64,000 nucleotides of DNA. Origin: an uncultured Acidobacteriota bacterium (lineage in GTDB: Bacteria; Acidobacteriota; Thermoanaerobaculia; Multivoradales; JAHEKO01). The DNA lies in contig CAVQNG010000003.1 in assembly GCA_963713825.1 (NCBI GenBank), positions 1,664,001 to 1,728,000 of the forward strand, in the 5' to 3' direction. The notes below the pieces were generated by a model that was not told where the DNA came from, searched no databases, and saw only the letters and a program-made list of their open reading frames with translations. Positions 9,416-18,100 of this stretch are shown here, in pieces (position 1 is the first letter of the stretch; every line of letters starts with the position of its first letter). Made by a program: the position numbers and the translations under genes.

Positions 9416-10189
9416 ATGCCCGACCGCCTCGAAATCGCCCGCAATTGGTTGCCCCGCTACACAGGGATGTCTCTCGACGAGATCGGTGACTACATCCTGC
9501 TGACAAACTTCCACAACTACACCCGCAAGTTCGCCGAGCAGTTCGACTGCGAGATCCGAGGCGCCGACAAGCCGATGCAAGCGGCGACCAACGCCGATGG
9601 TCTCACCATCGTCAATTTCGGTATCGGATCGCCGAACGCCGCCACGATCATGGACCTGCTGAGTGCCCGACAGCCTAAAGGCGTCCTCTTTCTGGGCAAA
9701 TGCGGAGGGCTAAAGAAATCCTCCGAGATTGGTCACTTCATCCTGCCCATCGCTGCCATTCGTGGTGAAGGTACGAGTGACGACTACTTTCCGCCCGAGG
9801 TGCCGGCCCTGCCATCGTTCAAGCTCCACAAGTTCGTCTCCGAGAAGATCGCGTCGAAGGGACACGAGTATCGAACGGGAGTCGTCTACACGACGAACCG
9901 CAGGCTTTGGGAGCACGACCTGGAGTTCCTGGATCGGCTCAAACGCAACACCTGCATCGGCATCGACATGGAGACGGCGACGCTCTTCATTGTCGGCCAC
10001 TACAACCGGATCTCCCGCGGCGCCCTGTTGCTGGTCTCGGATGTCCCCATCACCCCGGAAGGAGTCAAGACCGAGGAGTCCGACGCGGCCGTGACTGAGG
10101 ATTGGGCGGACATTCACCTACAGATCGGCATCGAGGCGATGACAGAGATCGACGACAGCGGCGAGGCGATTCGCCACTTCCGTTACTAG
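9416..10189 (+). CDS. amn: AMP nucleosidase (short PNP/UDP-1 type)
   Basis: NWLPRYTG, ILLTNF, NFGIGSPNAATIMDLL, LFLGKCGGL, IDMETAT. Confidence 0.9.
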   Translation: MPDRLEIARNWLPRYTGMSLDEIGDYILLTNFHNYTRKFAEQFDCEIRGADKPMQAATNADGLTIVNFGIGSPNAATIMDLLSARQPKGVLFLGKCGGLKKSSEIGHFILPIAAIRGEGTSDDYFPPEVPALPSFKLHKFVSEKIASKGHEYRTGVVYTTNRRLWEHDLEFLDRLKRNTCIGIDMETATLFIVGHYNRISRGALLLVSDVPITPEGVKTEESDAAVTEDWADIHLQIGIEAMTEIDDSGEAIRHFRY

Positions 10190-10205
10190 GTCTTCAGAAG
10201 TCAGG

Positions 10206-11492
10206 TCAATCGAGGGCTGAAGCCCCGTCTTCTTTGGTCGGGTTCTCGGCCTTCCAGGTCATGGCCATGTGGATGCGACTGCGGCCGCTGGGGTGATCGA
10301 ACATGAGCCACTCCTCGAACGGACCCGGTTCGAGCTTGCGGTACTCACCCAGTTTCAAAGCGACCTCCGCAAAGCCGTCGGGCTCTCTCGCAGCGTGAAG
10401 GGCGAAGAGGTCGGCTTCCGCTTCGTTGGACCGGATGATGTTGTTGAAGAACGGCGTCATAGCGAAGAAGAACAGGGTGAACAGAGCCGATAGGAGCGGC
10501 ATGCCAGCCAGGTCGCCGATTCCGCTGACAGACCATTTCCCGCCCCAACGTCGCAGCACGCGATCGAAGGACCAGCGGATGAAGACGAATCCGACAACCA
10601 GGATGATCGCGAAGTAGATGACCATCTCGTACATGTGGTTCAGCACGTAGTGCCCCATCTCGTGGGCCATGACGATCTTGATCTCTTCGAGAGAGCAGCG
10701 ATTCAACAGGTTGTCGTTCAGGCGTATGGCCATCGTGCCCAGGAATCCGCTGACGTTGGCGCTGACGCGATTCGACTGACGAGAGGCGTCGAATTGGTAG
10801 ACATTGTCGACGTCGATGCCATTGGCCCGAGCCATCGAGAGAATCGGGTCCTTGATCGTCTCGTCTTCGAGCGCAACGTAGGTGTTGAAGAGAGGATCGA
10901 TGTAGACGGGCGCGATGAGGATCAAGAACATCACGAAGACGATCCCCACTACCGAGCCCCAGATCCACCAGGTTTTCGGGGCCTTGCGGAAGACACCGTA
11001 GAGAGGGATGAGCAACAGCGAAAGAAGGATCACCGAGGCCCCGAGATCCACGAGCTGGTCCCGCGTCCATGACAAGAAGGTCTGGGTAGCGAGCCCGTAC
11101 TGATGCTCGCGAAAGAAGCCCTGATACACCGTCAGCGGAAAGAAGAGAACCGTTGCGACCACGATGTACTGGGCGCTGTAGAAGAAGGTCTGTAGAGGTC
11201 TGCGCTTGGTCAATCTCTCGGCCAGATCGCGCATTCGTGCCGAGAGCCCCGACCCGAGTAGCAGCCACGAGACGCCGAGGGTGTAGAGAACACCCCAGAG
11301 CTGGAGCCAGTACCCGCCCTCGAAATAGGCATCGGAGCTTTCCTTCTCCTCAGGGGTCTGCTGGGCCAAGTAGGCGTCGGTAGCCGCCTCGACATCGAAG
11401 GAGTCCGATGGGGCTGGCTGTGCCAATAGCGCTACCGGGACTACCAGCCAGACGAAACCGAAGATTACGAGCCAACTCGGAACTTTGCGCAT
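10206..11492 (-). CDS. M48 (Ste24-like) membrane metallopeptidase
   Basis: Multiple TM segments, HEMGH, EAEADLF, DHPS. Confidence 0.92.
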   Translation of the reverse strand: MRKVPSWLVIFGFVWLVVPVALLAQPAPSDSFDVEAATDAYLAQQTPEEKESSDAYFEGGYWLQLWGVLYTLGVSWLLLGSGLSARMRDLAERLTKRRPLQTFFYSAQYIVVATVLFFPLTVYQGFFREHQYGLATQTFLSWTRDQLVDLGASVILLSLLLIPLYGVFRKAPKTWWIWGSVVGIVFVMFLILIAPVYIDPLFNTYVALEDETIKDPILSMARANGIDVDNVYQFDASRQSNRVSANVSGFLGTMAIRLNDNLLNRCSLEEIKIVMAHEMGHYVLNHMYEMVIYFAIILVVGFVFIRWSFDRVLRRWGGKWSVSGIGDLAGMPLLSALFTLFFFAMTPFFNNIIRSNEAEADLFALHAAREPDGFAEVALKLGEYRKLEPGPFEEWLMFDHPSGRSRIHMAMTWKAENPTKEDGASALD

Positions 11493-11579
11493 TGGGATTC
11501 CCTCCAGAATTCCTCAAGTCATCCATCACTACTTCTCGTGAGGCTGAGTTGTTTCAGCGAGATTTCGCCCGAGATCCTT

Positions 11580-12731
11580 CTACTTGCCGAACCACTTCTC
11601 GATGCGGCTGCGCTCGAACTCCTCTTTGTAGGCGCGAAACTCGAGGGATGGACCTTGAAGCGCCAGGTCGGGGGCCTGTCCGCCGAGGAAGTTGGCTGCG
11701 ATCTGCGCCACTTTGCCGTCGCCGAACTCGAAGTAGCAGGCGCCCTGGGCCTGAAATGGATCCACCTCGCCGTGACCCTGGATGGTGCGCAGGATGTCGG
11801 CCGCAACGGTAGCGGCGGCATCTTCTGCGAAGGCACCAGCCTTGGGAACGGAGAACTCGCCAATCGGAATCTGCACTACGTCTCCCATGGCCCAGACCCT
11901 CTCGAAGCGCGTCTGCATGGTGGCGGGATCGACCCGGATCCAACCCTGGTTTCCGAGAGGGCATTCGAGGACGACAGCCGGCGGGCGATGGATGGGGATG
12001 CCCAGGAAAAGGTCATAGGGGTAGCGGGTCTCGTTGGCGACCACAGCTTGCTTGTTTTGGTAGTCGACCTCGACGACCTTGTGGCTCTTGTGTAGGGCTA
12101 TCTGTTTCGAGGTCAGCGCCTCCTCGATGCCTGCCGAAACCGTGGGAGAGATTGGCAAGGGCATCGGGCCAGGGATCAGCATGTCGATGGCTACGTCCTG
12201 TCGGATGCCCCTTTGGCGGTAGAAGTCATCGAGTTGAAATGCGGCTTCGTAGGGGGCGGGCGGGCATTTGTAGGGCTTGTCGAAGATCGCGATCAGAATT
12301 TGGCCACCCTTGAACTCGTTCACCAGGGGCCAGAGCCACTCAGCCGCTGCGAAGGAATAGAAATGGTGGCCTCCCGATTCCAGGAAGCCAGGGGTGGCCT
12401 CGGGAGCGATGTCGGCTCCGAGGGCGACCACCAGGAAGTCGGCGTTCAATTGCCCCTTCGAGGTCTCGACCCGTCTGCCTTCCGGATCGATCGATTCGAT
12501 CGCCGCGTGATGGAAGCGGATGCCCTTGTCGTTGAGAGCCGAGAGCTGCTCCTTGCACGCCTCCGGTGCTCGCCGACCGAACATCAGTTCGAACTTCGTG
12601 AAGCCGAAGTTGAAGAAGTCGTTGCGGTCCACGATGGTGATCTCGAAGCTCTCATCGAGCGCTGCTCGCAGACGCGTCGCGGCTTCGAGACCACCGAATC
12701 CGGCTCCGAGAATCAGAATGCTGCCCCCCAT
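11580..12731 (-). CDS. FAD-dependent oxidoreductase, sulfide:quinone oxidoreductase-like (type III-like)
   Basis: GAGFGG, KCPPAPYE, WAMGD, PKAG, GACYFEFG (both catalytic Cys positions present). Confidence 0.78.
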   Translation of the reverse strand: MGGSILILGAGFGGLEAATRLRAALDESFEITIVDRNDFFNFGFTKFELMFGRRAPEACKEQLSALNDKGIRFHHAAIESIDPEGRRVETSKGQLNADFLVVALGADIAPEATPGFLESGGHHFYSFAAAEWLWPLVNEFKGGQILIAIFDKPYKCPPAPYEAAFQLDDFYRQRGIRQDVAIDMLIPGPMPLPISPTVSAGIEEALTSKQIALHKSHKVVEVDYQNKQAVVANETRYPYDLFLGIPIHRPPAVVLECPLGNQGWIRVDPATMQTRFERVWAMGDVVQIPIGEFSVPKAGAFAEDAAATVAADILRTIQGHGEVDPFQAQGACYFEFGDGKVAQIAANFLGGQAPDLALQGPSLEFRAYKEEFERSRIEKWFGK

Positions 12732-12850
12732 GACCACCCCTCCCTGGGAAGTTCGCTGCTTTCGAGTTGACGCCCAGAATCATAGTGTGCCGGCGAGATC
12801 TCTGCAAAGGTCTTGCAGGGCCGAAGGTCTAGAGGTCAGCGCGAAGCAAT

Positions 12851-13708
12851 TCAGCCGAGCTCTCGGGTCTCGAGGTGAAGAGCCGCAGCTCCGAGGATGG
12901 CAACGTGCTCGATCTCGCTGCAGGTGATGGAGGTTGTCTCGAGGCTGTGCTGGAAATCGAAGTCCTGCAGTCGTCTCCGGAGCCCGGCCTCGAAGAGCGA
13001 GTAGCCCGCACTGACCGATCCACCGAAGACGATGAGATCGGGATCGTAGGCGTAGAGGGCGGTCATGACCGCCTGCCCGAGCTCGTACCCGAATTCGTCG
13101 AAGAGCTCGAGCGCCTTCTGGTCGCCCTGCTGGGCCCGCTCGAAGATCGCATCGCCAGACTCTCCCGCCGCCCGCTGGAAGAACTCTCCGGAGCAGTAGG
13201 TTTCGAGGGCGCCGTCCCGGTAGGGAATCGAGCCGATCTCGCCCGCACCACAGTTGGCGCCGCAGTAGAGGTGGCCATCGATGATGACGCCGACTCCGAG
13301 ACCGGTTCCGAGGGTCATCCCGACCATGTTTCGAGCGCCTCGGCCCTTGCCGAAGTAGAGCTCGCCCAGGGCGAAGAGGTTGGCATCGTTGTTGACGAGG
13401 ACGGGCAAACCGTAGCGCTCTTCGAGCTTCTGCTTGAGCGGCGTTGCCTTCCAGGCAGGAAGGTTCTCGACGGCGTAGACGATGCCGGTCTCCAGATCGA
13501 CCACGCTGGGGACGCCGCATCCGATAGCGACGACGTCCGTATCGAGGACCTCCTCGATGGCTTGATACATCTCGCCGAGAATCACTTCCTCCGCGGCATT
13601 CGAGGAGATCCTTTGAGCGAGATGACGAACGACCCTGCCGTCACACACTTTGCCCAGGCGGATGTTGGTTCCGCCGAGATCGATGCCGAGGATGGCGTTG
13701 GAATCCAT
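12851..13708 (-). CDS. ROK family sugar kinase (glucokinase-like)
   Basis: GIDLGGT, NNDAN, TLGTGLG, GAGEIG. Confidence 0.9.
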   Translation of the reverse strand: MDSNAILGIDLGGTNIRLGKVCDGRVVRHLAQRISSNAAEEVILGEMYQAIEEVLDTDVVAIGCGVPSVVDLETGIVYAVENLPAWKATPLKQKLEERYGLPVLVNNDANLFALGELYFGKGRGARNMVGMTLGTGLGVGVIIDGHLYCGANCGAGEIGSIPYRDGALETYCSGEFFQRAAGESGDAIFERAQQGDQKALELFDEFGYELGQAVMTALYAYDPDLIVFGGSVSAGYSLFEAGLRRRLQDFDFQHSLETTSITCSEIEHVAILGAAALHLETRELG

Positions 13709-13975
13709 GGACAGTGCCTCCAGACGCGAGAGCGTACCGTAACTCCTCGGCGCGCGGCCACCCTGGTCGGGTTCACAGAGGACTGCTGCAAGCTCGTGAT
13801 ACCCTTTTTAACAAGCGCCCTGCGGCGGCACTCCTGGTGAGAGCTTGCGCTTCCAGGCTTGTCGAGGGTTTTCGACCTCGGTGGCCGCGCTGTCACATCG
13901 GCACTTGGAGGTCAGCACCGCCGAAGGGCCCAGCGGAGACCAACCTGGACTACCGGTCTCCAGAAGAGAGGGACA

Positions 13976-14227
13976 ATGGCTAGAAATCAAGCATCGATGG
14001 TCCGCCGACAGAGGGAGAGGGCTCGCCAGCAGAAACGGCGTGAGAAGCAGGCCAAGCGAGCCGAGCGGCGAGAGTTGAAAAAGGAAGAGTCGGACATCGA
14101 GGTGGCAACCGACAACCCGATGGACGATCCCACCATCGATTGGAGTGCGGCCGTTCGTCAGACGAAGGTCGACGAGTCGGATTTTCCGATCCCCGAGCTC
14201 GACGAAACGGAAGAAGTGGAGTCGTAG
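13976..14227 (+). CDS. Small hypothetical protein with a basic N-terminal helix and an acidic tail
   Basis: GAGAGGG RBS; MARNQASMVRRQRERARQQKRREK; coding-like codon usage. Confidence 0.7.
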   Translation: MARNQASMVRRQRERARQQKRREKQAKRAERRELKKEESDIEVATDNPMDDPTIDWSAAVRQTKVDESDFPIPELDETEEVES

Positions 14228-14242
14228 CGGCTGCTCGAGACC

Positions 14243-14755
14243 TTGCCTACCAGGACCCTCAGCCTGATCGTTCTGCTGGCCTTGGCCCTGATCCAGGGGC
14301 CGGCTGCGGTTGCTGCTGCAGACGATTCGGGCTCGGTAGGCCGACTGCCCACTGAGCAGGAGCTGCTGGATCTCCAGAAGTCGCTCCGAGAGACCGAGAC
14401 CGCTTTCGCGGCCAGTGTTGCCAACCAGGATTGGGATCAGTTCGCCAGTTTCATCGCTGACGAGGCGATCTTCGTTTCCGGCGCCGTGCTGCGTGGGAAG
14501 CAATCCATCCTGGATGGGTGGGCCGTCTTCTTTCGAGAGGACGCTCCGAAGCTGACCTGGAAGCCCGAGGTGGTGGAGATCCAGGACGATGGCGAGCTTG
14601 GTATGACGCGAGGGCCGTTCACTCTCGAGCAGCCTGGACCCGACGGCACGGTCGAATCGGTGTCCGGGCTCTTCACTTCGGTCTGGGAGTACCAACCAGA
14701 CGGAAGTTGGCAAGTGATCTTCGACGCCGGCTGCCCACCCTGTCAGGCCCCGTAG
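14243..14755 (+). CDS. Secreted NTF2-like/DUF4440 protein
   Basis: Signal peptide; ETAFAA, LRGKQSILDGW, FTSVWEYQPDGSWQVIFDAG. Confidence 0.85.
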   Translation: MPTRTLSLIVLLALALIQGPAAVAAADDSGSVGRLPTEQELLDLQKSLRETETAFAASVANQDWDQFASFIADEAIFVSGAVLRGKQSILDGWAVFFREDAPKLTWKPEVVEIQDDGELGMTRGPFTLEQPGPDGTVESVSGLFTSVWEYQPDGSWQVIFDAGCPPCQAP

Positions 14756-15194
14756 CAGGTCCGCCTAAGCATCTACCATCCATTTTTGGATAGGGGCAGT
14801 GCACCAATAGAGACGCCCGCGGGCCTCTCTGTGCTATTGTGCGCCGACTGAACCCAAAGTCGAGAGGGTGCTGAACCAACCCTCGAGATTGGGCAGAGGA
14901 AAAGTGTTCAGGGCCGGTTTTCGGCCTCGACATAGGTGACGCTGATCCGCGTCTGCCAGAGCTTGGAAACGACCCTATGAATATACGCATATTGCAGAGA
15001 ATCGATAATTCCTACCTGCCCGGATGGGGTGCCAACCAACCCCTCCGGGTGTTACGCCGACGGTCGCCAGCTTGGTATAAGGGTCCGTTACATGTTGAAC
15101 CAAAGGTGACTGAGCCCAGGGAGACCTGGAGGCAGCGGATGGTCTGGCTTCAGGAAGGCCGGACCAGCGGCTGTGCTGGACACGGGGGAAAGCC

Positions 15195-18100
15195 ATGAAG
15201 AAATCAGTATTGATGATGCTGTTGGTAGCGCTGGCCGTGTTGGCCATCGGTCAGGTGGGCTATGCCCAGCAAGTCGGAGACAACATCAACGTCTTGCCCG
15301 TTTTCAAGTCCGCCGCAGACTACATTGATGAGCTCGACTACGCTCGAGGTGACCTCTATGGGAACCGTCAGGGCGAGCCGAAAATCGCGGTCTCGACAGC
15401 CAATCCCGATCACATGTTGGCAGTCTTCAACGACTTCCGCCTGGTCGACGCTCCCGACGATCCTCCGCTGCCTGGGTTGCTCGCCAGCTTGCCCGAGGAG
15501 AAGCACTGGGCGCTGACAAGGTACTTCGGGGTACCCACCCCAGTTTTCGAGCAGCCGGCACACCTGGCCGGAGTCGAGGCCGGGATCGGGATGTCCGTCT
15601 CCTACGACGGCGGCATCACCTGGGTGGGTGGGTACGTGCCCGGTCAGTTCGATGGGGATACCACGCCCGCATCGCTGGCCTCACCGGGTTATGGCCTTGA
15701 AGGCGGTAGCGATCCGATTCTCCTGGCCGCCCCGTGCGGCAAGTTCTACATGGTCTGGCTGCAGTTCACCCGCAACGGCGTCAGTCGACTGATGGCGGCC
15801 CTGATCCAGGACCATAACGACAGCGATCTGGAGCACACCTTCACCTGGGAGCACACGACGCTCATCGCAGAGGCGAACAACTCCGCGAACGGGCCCTTTG
15901 TCGACAAGCCGGAAGCGTCCCTGAGTCTGACCGGGGCGAGCGACTGCAGCGACATCACCGAAGAGCTGAACGTCACCTGGACGCAATTCACCGGCAAGGG
16001 GAATCTGTCGAATTTCCAAAACAAGCTCTTCTTCGGGAAGTCTGTCGATCGCGCTCAGACCTTCGATATCACCAAGGTGGATGACAACTACACCGATACC
16101 AGCGGCACGGCGACGGTTGTCGATCCGGTCACGAACGACATCTACGTCTTCTTCCGCTCGTTCAATCCACCCACCATGGTCATGACCAAGTCTACGAACA
16201 ACGGCGTCAAGTGGACCAAGCCAGTCGACCTTCTCGATACCGCGCCCATGGAGCCTTTCGACCAGCCCACGGTCTCCATCCTGGACATGCCCTACGGTTC
16301 CTCGATCAAGGACGAGATCGCACCTCGAGCGAACGCCTTCCCGACGGCAGCCATCACTCCCGATGGCGGAACGCTGATGTTGGCGTGGCACGAGCGGGTG
16401 ACTCTGGAAGGAGCACCGGATCCCTTCGAGGCTCCCAAAGTGGTGATGATCTACTCCACGAATGGTGGCAACACCTGGTCGGATCGCGTGGTGATTGCCC
16501 CAACTCATCCACCATCACCCTCGGGCCTCGGGTTCTTCAATCCGGGATTTCCGGTCGGCCCTCAGATCCAACCTCGCCTGAGCTGCACGGCGGGCGAGCC
16601 CAACCAGTGCCTGGCGATCTTCTTCGAGTCGCGCCCATTCGCCGAGCCCTGGTCGAATCCGGTGAACTCTGGGGATGTACAGTCCAACGGCCTTTCAGCC
16701 GATGGCTTCGTCGGCGGCTACGACCGGGTCATGGATGTTCGCGGAGTGCTGATCGACGCTCCAATTGGCGGGGACCCAGTCTTCAACCCCAGCTTCCAGA
16801 TCTCACGGTACTCCTACCGGCCGCTGCTCTTAGGCGAGGAGACCGGGGAAACGGTGGACTACGTAGAAGAGATTTGTCCCCCTGGACAGACCTGCTATCC
16901 GTCGCTCAACTACAGCGGCTATCCCCACACCGGCGGTGGCACCTCTCCCTTCCTGCACGACTACCTGTCGAACGATCCCCTGGTCACCCACGTGAAGGAC
17001 GCCGAGACGGGCGTGTGGCGGGTGGCAGAGAGGCCTGAAGACACTCCCTACGGCGCCGCCTTCATCACGGCTTTCCCCGACAACCGCAACGTGGTGCGGC
17101 CCTTCGAGAACTGGGACGGAAGCCCAATCCCAGAGGGCGACAATTGGCAGGGCTTTGGAGTCTATACCCCGGCGGGTTTCGAACTCGACACAAACGGCCA
17201 GCCTGTCTTCGGCTCGTGTTTCAACCCCGGGTCGCGCGACCAGAACGTGCTGACCGCCAAGATCAGCCTGGGTCTTCGAGTCACCGCGCCGACCAACTAC
17301 AAGCCTTTCGAGGCCCCGGTGATCGAGTTTCCGATGACGATCTGGAACAACACCGGCCAGGAGCGACAATTCGAGCTCATGCTCACTGGGAATCCGGATG
17401 CGTCCTTCGCCAAGGATCCGGACGGTGACTACCCATTTCCCCTTCAGGATGGCGCGGTCAAGATCCTGCCCTACTCGAGCAGCTCTCTCAATGTCTACGT
17501 GGTCGACGGTGTTCCGGGAACGGTGACCGATCCAGTGACCGTGAACGTGGTGGAGTGCGATTTCGTTGACTGCGCCCTACCCGTCGGCGATCCTCTCACC
17601 GGGTCGATCACTTTCAACGCCCCGGCCTACGCGCCGCCAGGCACGGCGACCCCGAACTACCAGTACCAGTCCTCGGCGGTGGCGGTAAACCCGGTGCCGA
17701 GAAATCCGGTACCGAGGAACCCGGTGCCGAGAAATCCGGTACCGAGGAATCCGGTGCCCCGAAATACCACGACCGAGGAGCCAGTTCCAGTCTACGACGT
17801 CATCGACTATTCCTGGACTGTGACGACAGCGAGTGCCGACGATGCTGGCACCTACCTCACCATCCCGAACATCGACAAGGCGTTCCAGGACGACTACATC
17901 TTCCAGGTCTTCGTCACCAAGCCGTCAACCCTCCATCAGGTCGACGGCGCATGCAACCCGAGCAACCTGCCGCTCGGCACGCTCGTCGGACATATCAGTG
18001 ACCCGGCGAACCCTGTGCCGAGGAATCCTGTGCCGAGGAACCCTGTGCCTCGGAACCCAGTCCCGAGAAATGCGTCGCTTTCAGACACGCTCGTGCAGAA

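Noticed and set aside
9246-9506. N-terminal extensions given by the ORF track (pldA, dcp, tricorn, acyltransferase, NifX-like, APH/AAA)
   Set aside because: They run through repeats or intergenic DNA; downstream starts have an RBS, a signal peptide or a family-typical N-terminus
17688-18071. Possible CRISPR array
   Set aside because: The 15-bp units are contiguous, in frame and have no spacers; no cas genes in the window
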